From Oscillospiraceae bacterium (GTDB lineage: Bacteria > Bacillota > Clostridia > Oscillospirales > Oscillospiraceae), in the NCBI GenBank assembly GCA_017473455.1, contig JAFULI010000069.1:1-57239 (forward strand): 57,239 nt of DNA, written 5' to 3'. Below, piece after piece: positions 1 to 10,179 of the stretch (position 1 is the stretch's first letter; each line of letters opens with the position of its first letter). The notes under the pieces are model-generated. The model saw nothing but the letters and a program-made list of their open reading frames with translations, was not told the DNA's origin and did no database searches. The translations under genes were made by a program, and so were the position numbers.

Positions 1-58
1 CGAACCGTCGACCTCCAGCGTGACAGGCTGGCGTGCTAACCGACTGCACCACCGGGCC
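1..58 (-). tRNA. tRNA-Asp(GTC), 3' end cut by window edge
   Basis: Reverse complement GGCCCGGTGGTGCAGTCGGTTAGCACGCCAGCCTGTCACGCTGGAGGTCGACGGTTCG; anticodon loop CT-GTC-AC, T-loop GTTCG. Confidence 0.93.
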
Positions 59-63
59 AAATT

Positions 64-139
64 TGGTGGGAACAACAGGGCTCGAACCTGTGACCCCATG
101 CTTGTAAGGCATGTGCTCTCCCAGCTGAGCTATGCTCCC
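64..139 (-). tRNA. tRNA-Val(TAC)
   Basis: 76 nt cloverleaf GGGAGCATAGCTCAG...CT-TAC-AA...GGTTCGAG...CCCACCA with encoded CCA. Confidence 0.96.
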
Positions 140-179
140 TTGGCTTGCCGCTTGGCTGCTCACCTCAGCGACATGACAC

Positions 180-208
180 ATTATACACAGTAACCAACGT
201 TTTGTCAA
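180..208 (-). promoter_or_regulatory. SigA promoter of tRNA-Val/Asp
   Basis: Perfect TTGACA(208-203)-N17-TATAAT(185-180) with A-tracts upstream. Confidence 0.85.
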
Positions 209-243
209 GCACTTTTTTTGATTTTTTTACGCAAATTTTTTGA

Positions 244-277
244 CCATTTACTTCCCGGTTTTACCCGGGAAGTATGG
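244..277 (-). terminator. Hairpin terminator after hslO
   Basis: TACTTCCCGG/CCGGGAAGTA inverted repeat just past the hslO stop. Confidence 0.55.
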
Positions 278-283
278 TAAAAA

Positions 284-1162
284 TCAAAGTTTTTTCAAGA
301 TTTCAAGAATATCCTTGGATGTAAACCTGTAAACGTTATCACAAAATTGACATTCCACCGGGAAGCTTTCTTCCTCGTTCATGATCTGGGTCAGTTCCTC
401 TTTCCCAAGGCTAATCAGCGCAGCGGTGACCCGCTCACGGGAGCAGTAGCAACGGTAACTGACTTCCTGCGTTTCCAAAAACACCACGCCCAAATCACCG
501 CATACCTGACCCAAAATTTCCTCAGGTGTCAGACCGGCTTCCAGCATAGGTGTCGCAGCACCGGCTCTTTGAATTCCACGCTCCAGAGCATCAATGGTTT
601 CCTCCGGGGCACCGGGAAGAAGCTGCAGCAGGTAGCCCCCTGCCACCTTCACGGAGCAATCCCGATCAATCAAAACACCAAGGGCGCAGGCCGTAGGAGT
701 TTGCTCACTCTGGGCGAAATAGGCAGTAATATCATCGCCAATCTCACCGGTAATCAGGGGCACAGAGCCGATGTATGGCTCCTTCATCTGCAAATCCCGA
801 ATGACCGTCAAGGTACCGTCTGTACCGACAGTTGCCCCCACATCCAGTTTGCCGGGATATTTCTCCACCAGAGGCACTTTGCTCTCGGTAACACAGCCGC
901 GGACATTGCCATCGGCATCAGACACGCAGGTAATCGTACCAATAGGGCCACCACCCCGAACCTGCAGTGTCATAGAGCCGTTCTCCACCTTCTGGGTATT
1001 ACCCATCATGGAGCAGGCAGTCAGACATCTGCCAAAGGCTGCTGTCGCATTGGGAGTCGTTCCGTGAATTTCGGCGGCACGGCGTACCATTTCCGTGGAG
1101 CGGATGGCAACGACCTTGACAAAGCCGTCCATGCTCATGCCCCGAACCAAATAATCTTTCAT
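284..1162 (-). CDS. hslO: Hsp33 redox-regulated chaperone
   Basis: N-terminal DYLVRG, SEQTPT, C-terminal CYC...CQFC zinc motif. Confidence 0.95.
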   Translation of the reverse strand: MKDYLVRGMSMDGFVKVVAIRSTEMVRRAAEIHGTTPNATAAFGRCLTACSMMGNTQKVENGSMTLQVRGGGPIGTITCVSDADGNVRGCVTESKVPLVEKYPGKLDVGATVGTDGTLTVIRDLQMKEPYIGSVPLITGEIGDDITAYFAQSEQTPTACALGVLIDRDCSVKVAGGYLLQLLPGAPEETIDALERGIQRAGAATPMLEAGLTPEEILGQVCGDLGVVFLETQEVSYRCYCSRERVTAALISLGKEELTQIMNEEESFPVECQFCDNVYRFTSKDILEILKKL

Positions 1163-1908
1163 TTTCTTTTTCCCTTTCTCGCGCTGAAATAGATTCTCTG
1201 CTCCCCTTCCCGGGGGGCTTCAAAGCGGCGGTCTGCGTAGACCTTGATATCGCAAAAACCGGCTTCCTTCAGGAAACGGGTAAGCTGCTGCTGTGAATAA
1301 GCATATTCCCGGTGCTCCTCGAAGCTGCGTTCCCACACCTCTCCCCTGCGTTGGAACAAATCCATGCCATAGGAGCAGATGTTGGTCTCCTCATCAAATT
1401 CTCCCCGCCAGACACAGTAGACATCCTCATCCTCGTCCAGAAAGACCTGACCGTCCATCGCCCGTAGCTTTTCCGGTGTATTGACATCAAAGATAAAAAT
1501 GCCACCGGGGTTCAGCACCTTATACACTCTGCGGATTGCCTCACTGCAGTCAGCAGGGTCGGTGATATAGTCAAGGCTGTCCAGGGCGCACACTGCCAAA
1601 TCCACACCCCTTGGCAGGTATAGCTTTTGCAGACTCTGGCAGATGAACATCGGGGGATTGGAAAGCGTCTGCGCCTTCTGAGAGGCTACTGTCAGCATTT
1701 CCTCAGACAAATCCACGCCAATGACCCGAAGTCCGGACTGCACCAGCAGAAGCGCCACAGACCCGGTACCGCAGGCTAAGTCCACGGCGGTTTCCGGAGC
1801 GCAGCCCTCCCGGCGGAGGATCTGCTGATAGAATTCCACCGTTTCGGTATAGTTTACATCGGAAGTCAGCCGATCATAGCTGACAGCAAGGGCGTGGTAA
1901 GCGTTCAT
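1159..1908 (-). CDS. Class I SAM-dependent methyltransferase (YqeM-like)
   Basis: VDLACGTG motif I, GVDLSEEML, LNPGGIFIFD. Confidence 0.88.
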   Translation of the reverse strand: MNAYHALAVSYDRLTSDVNYTETVEFYQQILRREGCAPETAVDLACGTGSVALLLVQSGLRVIGVDLSEEMLTVASQKAQTLSNPPMFICQSLQKLYLPRGVDLAVCALDSLDYITDPADCSEAIRRVYKVLNPGGIFIFDVNTPEKLRAMDGQVFLDEDEDVYCVWRGEFDEETNICSYGMDLFQRRGEVWERSFEEHREYAYSQQQLTRFLKEAGFCDIKVYADRRFEAPREGEQRIYFSARKGKRK

Positions 1909-1937
1909 AATTCAAAGCTCCTGAAAAACCAAATAGT

Positions 1938-1970
1938 AAAAACGCATCCCGGGGAGTGCCCGGGATGCGT
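1938..1970 (-). terminator. Intrinsic terminator after ftsZ
   Basis: ACGCATCCCGG/CCGGGATGCGT stem then T run on the minus strand. Confidence 0.7.
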
Positions 1971-1979
1971 GAAGATGCA

Positions 1980-3032
<1,053 letters not shown>

Positions 3033-3097
3033 GTTACGTTTCCTCCTATGTATGCTTTTGCGGCATCTGCCGCGAGAATTTAATTTCGTACTTCCTT

Positions 3098-3126
3098 ATT
3101 CTATCCCGAAAAATCAATTTGGTCAA
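3098..3126 (-). promoter_or_regulatory. SigA promoter for ftsZ
   Basis: TTGACC-N17-TAGAAT in the ftsQ-ftsZ gap. Confidence 0.7.
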
Positions 3127-3188
3127 TAGAAATTATCACATTTCGGCGAAGAATTTATAAAAAAATCCTTCCAGATACAGATGATTGG

Positions 3189-4031
3189 TTAAAATGGCGT
3201 ATATGCAACCCCATCCGGCTCGGTGGTCAGGGTGATATCCAGAATGCCGCTCTGATAGCCACCTTCTTCACGGTGGCGCTGAATGACGCTTCGCATCATG
3301 GCTATTTTTTCATCCATCCGCCCCTGATCACCCAGAAGCACCTGATAATCATTTCCATACCAAAGCTGGATTGCCGTTACAGAGGAAACATCCACCTCTG
3401 CCACGTCACCCAGAATTTCATTGTTTTCAAGCTGGTACAAAACGCTCAGCGCTGCTTCCAGACAATCCTTACCGGAAACCAGTGCCTCTTCTTCCCCGTT
3501 CTGCTCCGGCTCTACCGCCTGCGCCTGTTCGCCTGCTTTGGGACGATCCAGAGTAAATCCCTTCAGCTGGGTATGCTTGGCAGCTTCTTCCTGGGTAGTC
3601 TTATCCACCAGTCTGCCGTCCGCTGCCATCAGCCACCATGCTCCCTGCGCATCCTGCACAGAGTAGACCACTTCCAGTTCCTGAACGTAGATATTCACCG
3701 TGTTCGGCAGAGTGATTCCTATGCGGACACTTTTGACATATCGCAGCTTCTGAGTAATTCTGCCTGCTGCCTGTGCCTTTCCAAATGCCAGCAGACTCTC
3801 CCCTTTCTGGATGCCCGATGCTTCGCACACCGCCCAGGGGGTATATTTTTCCGTACCGGAAACCACCACATTCTCCACCCGGAAGAAAATGGCGAAGCCC
3901 AGAAACAGTGCCAGTACCACAGCACCTACCGTCAGCAGGCGCAGTATCAGCTTTTTCCGGTTCACGGGAGCCGCCGGGGCGTAATAAACCTCTTGTGCCG
4001 GGGCTTTATTCTTTTTCTTTTCGTTTTTCAT
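3189..4031 (-). CDS. ftsQ: FtsQ/DivIB family protein
   Basis: Basic N-tail, one TM, POTRA segment (FRVENVVVSG...ITLPNTVNIYVQE); ATG 4031 after GGAGG; between murG and ftsZ. Confidence 0.85.
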   Translation of the reverse strand: MKNEKKKNKAPAQEVYYAPAAPVNRKKLILRLLTVGAVVLALFLGFAIFFRVENVVVSGTEKYTPWAVCEASGIQKGESLLAFGKAQAAGRITQKLRYVKSVRIGITLPNTVNIYVQELEVVYSVQDAQGAWWLMAADGRLVDKTTQEEAAKHTQLKGFTLDRPKAGEQAQAVEPEQNGEEEALVSGKDCLEAALSVLYQLENNEILGDVAEVDVSSVTAIQLWYGNDYQVLLGDQGRMDEKIAMMRSVIQRHREEGGYQSGILDITLTTEPDGVAYTPF

Positions 4032-4048
4032 TTGTTTTCCTCCGGGGG

Positions 4049-5170
4049 TTATTTGGACAATTCTTCTACCATATCGCAAATCCGCTCAGCGGAATCAAGA
4101 ACAACCATGCTCCGCAGGATCTCGGACATCCGGTTCATCCGTTGTGCATCGTCAAGCAGCCCGGTAACGGCATGGAAGAGTTTTCTGCCCATATCCTCTC
4201 CCTCGGGGATCAGCACCGCACCGCCCCGGTCAGCAAGAATCTTCGCATTCTTCATCTGATGGTCATTGGTGACATTCGGAGAAGGAATCAGGATGCAGGG
4301 AGTACCGGAGGCTCCGATTTCGTTACAAGTAGACGCACCGGCTCTGCCAATTATCAAATCCGCTGCCGCCATCACCATGGGCATATCGTAAATATACTCC
4401 CGAAGGTCGATGGAAGTCCCTTCACCGGTGGCGACACCTAGCTTCTGCAAATGCTCCGGCATCCACTTCCAGCCGTAAGTACCTGTGGCGTGGATATGTT
4501 GGAAGGGGCTACCCGCTTTTTGCTCCAGTGCCATAAAATCTGCCATGGCATAGTTCATAGCCTTTGCGCCAAGGCTTCCGAAAGCAGAAACCACCAGCGG
4601 ACGGGAGTCCAGCCCAAGGGCTTTCCGTGCCTGCGCCTTTTCCGTGGAGATGAATTCTTTACGCACCGGCATACCCACAACCTCCACCTTTTCGGGATGG
4701 CGGTAGTATTTAGCGCTTTCCTCAAAACAAACCAGCACCCGGGTGGCACGATTGGCTGCCATTTTCGTAGTCAGACCGGGAACAGCATTACTTTCGTGGA
4801 CGCAGGTGGGAACTCCCAGCTTACTTCCGGCATACAGAGCCGGGAAGCTGGCATAACCGCCGGTACCCACAATGACATCGGCATCGAATTCCCGGATAAT
4901 CTTCTTACATTCCCGGATAGAACCAAACAAGTCGCTGACGACCTTGGCATTTTTCCGGATGGCTTTGGGAGAAACACCACGGACAAGTCCAGCGCCGGGC
5001 AGACACTTAAGCTCGTAACCAGCCTGAGGCACCAGTTTCTCCTCCATATGTCCCTTGGCACCGATGAACAAAATCCGGCAATCAGGATGCCTCTCCCTGA
5101 GTATATTCGCTACGGCGATGGCAGGGTTGATATGCCCGGCAGTGCCGCCGCAGGTAAAAATCACATTCAT
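4049..5170 (-). CDS. murG: Lipid I GlcNAc transferase MurG
   Basis: GGTAGHINPA, GTGGYAS, HESNAVPG, GRAGAST; start trimmed to MNVIFTCGG after GGAGG. Confidence 0.97.
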   Translation of the reverse strand: MNVIFTCGGTAGHINPAIAVANILRERHPDCRILFIGAKGHMEEKLVPQAGYELKCLPGAGLVRGVSPKAIRKNAKVVSDLFGSIRECKKIIREFDADVIVGTGGYASFPALYAGSKLGVPTCVHESNAVPGLTTKMAANRATRVLVCFEESAKYYRHPEKVEVVGMPVRKEFISTEKAQARKALGLDSRPLVVSAFGSLGAKAMNYAMADFMALEQKAGSPFQHIHATGTYGWKWMPEHLQKLGVATGEGTSIDLREYIYDMPMVMAAADLIIGRAGASTCNEIGASGTPCILIPSPNVTNDHQMKNAKILADRGGAVLIPEGEDMGRKLFHAVTGLLDDAQRMNRMSEILRSMVVLDSAERICDMVEELSK

Positions 5171-6339
5171 AATATGCCCTCCTGTAGTTTTGTCTGATTT
5201 CGTTGACGGGATACACTTAAAACAATTCCCATCTCTCCCAAATTCACCGCAAGAGCCGTGCCGCCGTAGGAGAAGAAAGGCAGCGCAATTCCGGTAGATG
5301 GAAGCAGATTGGTGACCACGCACAAATTCAAAGCGGTCTGCACCCCAATCAGAGTCACAAGTCCTGCTGCCAACACCGTGGAAAAACGGTCTGATGCCCG
5401 CAGAGCAATCCAGTAACCCCGAAGAAGCAGCACAGAGAACAGCAGCATAATACTCACCGCTCCCACAAGTCCCAATTCTTCGCAGACAATGGCAAAAATA
5501 TAGTCGTTATATTGAAATGGCAGGTACAGATACTTCTGCCTGCTCTTCCCCAGTCCCAGACCAAACAAGCCTCCGGAGCCGATGGCATACAGAGATTGAA
5601 GAATCTGATAACCGGTATCTCCCGGATCTTTTTCCGGATGAAGCCATGCGGTGACCCGGTCACCGGCATAGCCCATAAACGTAATGTAAATCAGCACAAA
5701 CACCGCAGCCGCTGCCGCTCCGGCAAGAAGCCACTTTTGACTGGTGCCTGCCACAAACATCATGCACACCCCCACCATGCCGATAAGCAATATGGCGGAC
5801 AGATGCTTTTCCAGTGCCAGCGGTATCAGAATTCCCAACAACGCCAGACCAAACCCCAGCACCCCATGGCGAAAATCCTTGGCTTTGCCTCCGAATTTCC
5901 GGGTCAGTCGGGCAAACAGCAATATCATCGCGAATTTGGCAAGCTCCGATGGCTGAAACTGAATTCCGGCAATACTGATCCATCGCTTCGCCCCGTTGAC
6001 ACTTTGCCCAGCCACCAGCACCAAAAGCAAAAGCAGGATACTGATACCGTATACGGGCCATGCAAGTTTCATCCACAGTCTTGCCGGCAACCGGCTGAAC
6101 ACATACATGACTGCCAGTCCCAGCACGGCACAAATCCCCTGCTTCAGCAAATATCGGGTGGAGCTTTCATAGCCGGTGTCATACATACTCTGGGCGTAGC
6201 TTGCTGAGTAGAGCATGGCAAGTCCCACCGTCAACAGCAGCAGCACCAGAAACAAAAAAGGAAAATCCACAGTTTCACCGCCCCGGCGCACACCGATGCG
6301 GCGGTCCTCTTTGGCATACAGTCGGAGCACTGATGCCAT
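5167..6339 (-). CDS. ftsW: SEDS glycosyltransferase FtsW/SpoVE
   Basis: GAKRWI, QPSELAK, GYQILQSLYAIGSGG, LPFFSYGGT; position also fits spoVE. Confidence 0.9.
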   Translation of the reverse strand: MASVLRLYAKEDRRIGVRRGGETVDFPFLFLVLLLLTVGLAMLYSASYAQSMYDTGYESSTRYLLKQGICAVLGLAVMYVFSRLPARLWMKLAWPVYGISILLLLLVLVAGQSVNGAKRWISIAGIQFQPSELAKFAMILLFARLTRKFGGKAKDFRHGVLGFGLALLGILIPLALEKHLSAILLIGMVGVCMMFVAGTSQKWLLAGAAAAAVFVLIYITFMGYAGDRVTAWLHPEKDPGDTGYQILQSLYAIGSGGLFGLGLGKSRQKYLYLPFQYNDYIFAIVCEELGLVGAVSIMLLFSVLLLRGYWIALRASDRFSTVLAAGLVTLIGVQTALNLCVVTNLLPSTGIALPFFSYGGTALAVNLGEMGIVLSVSRQRNQTKLQEGIL

Positions 6340-6357
6340 AATGACCTCCAGATTAAC

Positions 6358-7332
6358 TTATCTCAAACCGGAAATGCTGAACCATGCCAGCAGGCACATT
6401 GCAGCGGACACGGCAGAAAATACAATAACGATTTTAACTTCCTTCCAGCCACACATCTCAAAGTGGTGGTGGATGGGAGCCATTTTGAAAAGACGCTTTC
6501 CGTGAGTTGCCTTAAAGTAGCCCACCTGCAGCAGTACGGATACCGTTTCCACAATGTAAACCAAACCTACCATAATCAACACCAGAGGCATATTCAAAGC
6601 GAAGGCAAGGCCGCAGACAATACCGCCCAAAAACAGCGAGCCGGTATCGCCCATGAACACCTTGGCAGGATGCCAGTTATAGAACAGGTAGGCAATCAGT
6701 CCGCCCGCCAAACAAGCAGGCAGCAATGCAAGTTCCAGCTTTCGCATCATCACAGCGGCAGCGGTGAAAAACACCATCACCGGAACCGTAACGCTTCCGC
6801 AAAGTCCGTCCACACCGTCAGTCAGGTTCACCGCATTGACACAGCCCACCATGACGAACATAGCAAAGAAAATATACAGCATCAGGGGGATATCAAAGCT
6901 GCGGTTCAAAAACGGTATGTAGATACTGCTCTGCAGTGTTCCCTGCAGGTACAGCAGGTACAGATACAACGCTGTTACCGCCATTTGCAGCAATGCCTTC
7001 TGGATGGAAGTCAAGCCCAGATTGCGCTTGAATTTCGCCTTAAAGAAGTCGTCCAGAAAGCCCACAAGACCGAAGCAAAGACCCAGTCCCAGAACATAAA
7101 ACACGGAATAATCATTCATCGCCGGAATGCTGAACGCCAGACACAGCACCGCCGCAAGGATGAACATCAAGCCACCCATCATAGGGGTGCCTGCTTTGCT
7201 ATTGTGCCAGGTAGGGCCAACCTCACGGATGGACTGCCCGGCTTTCAGCGCCCGAAGTACCGGAAGCAGCAGATAACCGATGGCGCCGGTCATGGCACAG
7301 GCAATCAGCCCGGTAATAATCACTCTTGTCAT
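6358..7332 (-). CDS. mraY: Phospho-MurNAc-pentapeptide transferase
   Basis: KAGTPMMGG, NAVNLTDGVDGL, FMGDTGS, PIHHHFE. Confidence 0.98.
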   Translation of the reverse strand: MTRVIITGLIACAMTGAIGYLLLPVLRALKAGQSIREVGPTWHNSKAGTPMMGGLMFILAAVLCLAFSIPAMNDYSVFYVLGLGLCFGLVGFLDDFFKAKFKRNLGLTSIQKALLQMAVTALYLYLLYLQGTLQSSIYIPFLNRSFDIPLMLYIFFAMFVMVGCVNAVNLTDGVDGLCGSVTVPVMVFFTAAAVMMRKLELALLPACLAGGLIAYLFYNWHPAKVFMGDTGSLFLGGIVCGLAFALNMPLVLIMVGLVYIVETVSVLLQVGYFKATHGKRLFKMAPIHHHFEMCGWKEVKIVIVFSAVSAAMCLLAWFSISGLR

Positions 7333-7347
7333 AGGTATTTCCTCCGC

Positions 7348-8709
7348 TTATGTTTCTTCTGCAAGGAATTTATCCAGAATCAGCTCCATACGCATACCCC
7401 GGCTGCCCTTGACCAGTACCACATCGCCTTCCTTGAGCATATGCTTCATGGCTGCAACCATGGTATCCCGGTCTTCAAAGGCACGGGCATTGGCAGGGGG
7501 CATACCGCCGGTAAGCGCACCGCTGATGAGTCGGCTGCTGTTCGGCCCGTAAGCCAGAACAACGTCCGCATTCTCCGCAGCAATGCGGCCAATGCGGTAA
7601 TGCTCCGCTGGAGCGCTGCTTCCCAGTTCCAGCATATCTCCCAGCACCGCTACCTTCCGTCCCTTCCTGCCTCCCAGAACCGCCAAAGCAGCTGCCATGG
7701 ATTCAGGGCCGGCATTGTAGCAGTCCTTGATGACAGTATAGCCCTTTGCTTCGAAAATCTCCTGCCGTCCCTCCATATTGCGGAAAGATGCCAGAGCTGC
7801 GCAGATATTCTCCGTGGAGATTCCCATCTCCAAACCCACACTCACGGCTGCCATAGCATCCGAAACATAGTGCATTCCCTCAAGAGGCAGCACCACTGCG
7901 AAGGTCTCATCCCCGCAACGGGCATTAAACCGAAGAAGCGACGGCTCCTGATGTAGCTCCGTACTCAAATTCCGGCATTCCGGGTTCTGAGTACCGTAGT
8001 AAACAAGGGGGATACTATGACGGTTTCGCTGGTTCCACAGCAAGGCATCATCGCCATTGAGCACCAGCCGTCCGCCTTCCTTCATACCCTCGATGATTTC
8101 CAGCTTTGCCTGCAAAATGCCCTGCTGAGAGCCAAGGTGCTCAATATGCATTGTACCGATGTTGGTAATCACCGCCACATCAGGTTGGGCAATATCCGCA
8201 AGGTAGGCAATCTCCCGAAAATGGTTCATCCCCATCTCCAGCACCGCCACCTGCGTATCCGGATCCATAGACAAAATCGCCATGGGCATACCGATATCGT
8301 TATTATGGTTGGCAGGTGTCTTGCCCACCCGATACTGGGTAGCTAAGACATCACAAATCATTTCCTTGGTGGTACTCTTACCAACAGAACCGGTGACACC
8401 CACCACCGTCATGCCGATGCGGCAGCGTTCCCCACGGGCAATCTGCCCCAGAGCCAGCCGGGTATCCTCCACCACAATGGCAGGATGGTCTCCCACCGTA
8501 CGGGTACACAGCACCGCAGAAGCGCCGTTGCCAAGCGCAGCGGGAATAAAATCATGTCCATCCCGTTCTGCCTTCAGCGCAACAAACAGCTGCCCCGGCT
8601 GAATATTCCGGGAGTCATTGCTGGCACCCAGAAAGGTAATGTTCTCATATTTGGGATCCACCCAACCGCCGCACCAGTCAGCAGCCTGGCGAAGTGTAAT
8701 CAAACCCAT
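7348..8709 (-). CDS. murF: MurF D-Ala-D-Ala adding ligase
   Basis: TGSVGKSTTKE, NNDIGMP, EMGMNH, DCYNAGPES, LGDMLELG, KGSRG. Confidence 0.97.
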   Translation of the reverse strand: MGLITLRQAADWCGGWVDPKYENITFLGASNDSRNIQPGQLFVALKAERDGHDFIPAALGNGASAVLCTRTVGDHPAIVVEDTRLALGQIARGERCRIGMTVVGVTGSVGKSTTKEMICDVLATQYRVGKTPANHNNDIGMPMAILSMDPDTQVAVLEMGMNHFREIAYLADIAQPDVAVITNIGTMHIEHLGSQQGILQAKLEIIEGMKEGGRLVLNGDDALLWNQRNRHSIPLVYYGTQNPECRNLSTELHQEPSLLRFNARCGDETFAVVLPLEGMHYVSDAMAAVSVGLEMGISTENICAALASFRNMEGRQEIFEAKGYTVIKDCYNAGPESMAAALAVLGGRKGRKVAVLGDMLELGSSAPAEHYRIGRIAAENADVVLAYGPNSSRLISGALTGGMPPANARAFEDRDTMVAAMKHMLKEGDVVLVKGSRGMRMELILDKFLAEET

Positions 8710-8710
8710 G

Positions 8711-10168
8711 TTAAATCCTCACTCCCTGAAGATATGCGGCGACAACTTCCCGTTCGTCCAGATGGTGCTTGACTCCGCAAATCTCCTGATAGGTCTCGTG
8801 GCCTTTTCCAGCCAGTACAATTATATCATCTTTTTGTCCAATGTCCATGGCATATTGAATCGCTTTTTTACGATTTTCAATCACTTCTACATTTTTCGCC
8901 GCCGAATCAATCCCCTTAAGGACATCCTCAATGATTGCCATGGGGTCTTCGGTACGGGGATTATCCGAGGTAATGACAGCAACATCCGAAAGCTCCGCAC
9001 CAATTCTGCCCATGATGGGTCGCTTGATGGGGTCCCGATCACCACCGCAGCCAAACACGGAAATGAGCCGTCCCTTGCAGAAATCCCGTACAGAACGCAG
9101 GACATTGTCCAATCCGTCGGGAGTATGCGCGTAGTCAATCAGCACGGTGTAGGGTTTGCCTGGGGTAGGAACAACCTCCACTCTGCCCCGGACACCTTCT
9201 GCATTCGCAAGTGCCTTGACAGCAGCCGACAAATCAACCCCCAATGCCTGCACAATGCCCAGCACCGTCAGCACATTATACACAGTGAACCGCCCCGGAA
9301 TGGGCACGCTGACAGGGATTTCCCCTCCGCAGTTTACCGCAGTAAAACGGATACCATCGGACAAAAGCTGAACGTCCTTCGCCTGAATACCGGCAGTTTC
9401 TTTGGCAGAAGTGGTAATTTTGGGGCACTGTGCCAAACGGCTAATCCGGGCAAACCATGCATCATCCCGGTTCAGCACAGCTGCGTCACAACGGCTGAAG
9501 AGCACTGCTTTGGTGTCGCAGTAATCTTCCATGGTCTTGTGGAAATCCAGATGATCTTCCGTCAGATTGGTAAACGCAGCCACATCGAAGTGGACACCCC
9601 CCACCCGATCAAGGGCGATGGCATGGGAAGATACCTCCATAATACAATAGCGGCAGCCCGCATCCCGCATTCGGGCAAACAGCCCCTGCAGTTCAAAGCT
9701 TTCAGGTGTGGTGCGGTCGGTAGGCAGCACTTCATCCCCTATACGGTTTTCCATGGTGCCAATCAAACCTGCCATCCCGCCGGTGACCTTCTCCAAAACC
9801 TGCTTCAAAAGCCATGTGGTGGAGGTTTTACCATTGGTGCCGGTGACACCAATCAGAGTCAGCGCCTTGGCAGGCTCTCCATAATAGTTACTGCCGATAA
9901 GGGCAAGGGCCAGGCGGTCATTTTCCACCTGCACATAAGGAACGTCCTCCTGAGGCTTTTTCCCGGTGATAATCACAGCGGCGCCCTTTTCCATTGCCAT
10001 GGGGATAAATCGGTTGCCATCGGAGGCAAAACCGGAAATGGCGACAAACATCCCTCCGGGAGTTACCTTTCGGGAATCATATGCCACCACGGGAATTTCC
10101 ATATCAAAATCGGCATTGCTGCTTACCACAGCCACGCCACGCAGCAGGTCACGAAGTTTCATATTCAT
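8711..10168 (-). CDS. murE: MurE ligase (meso-DAP type)
   Basis: TGTNGKTST, DYAHTPD, DNPR motif, GKGHE. Confidence 0.98.
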   Translation of the reverse strand: MNMKLRDLLRGVAVVSSNADFDMEIPVVAYDSRKVTPGGMFVAISGFASDGNRFIPMAMEKGAAVIITGKKPQEDVPYVQVENDRLALALIGSNYYGEPAKALTLIGVTGTNGKTSTTWLLKQVLEKVTGGMAGLIGTMENRIGDEVLPTDRTTPESFELQGLFARMRDAGCRYCIMEVSSHAIALDRVGGVHFDVAAFTNLTEDHLDFHKTMEDYCDTKAVLFSRCDAAVLNRDDAWFARISRLAQCPKITTSAKETAGIQAKDVQLLSDGIRFTAVNCGGEIPVSVPIPGRFTVYNVLTVLGIVQALGVDLSAAVKALANAEGVRGRVEVVPTPGKPYTVLIDYAHTPDGLDNVLRSVRDFCKGRLISVFGCGGDRDPIKRPIMGRIGAELSDVAVITSDNPRTEDPMAIIEDVLKGIDSAAKNVEVIENRKKAIQYAMDIGQKDDIIVLAGKGHETYQEICGVKHHLDEREVVAAYLQGVRI

Positions 10169-10179
10169 TACTCCTAATC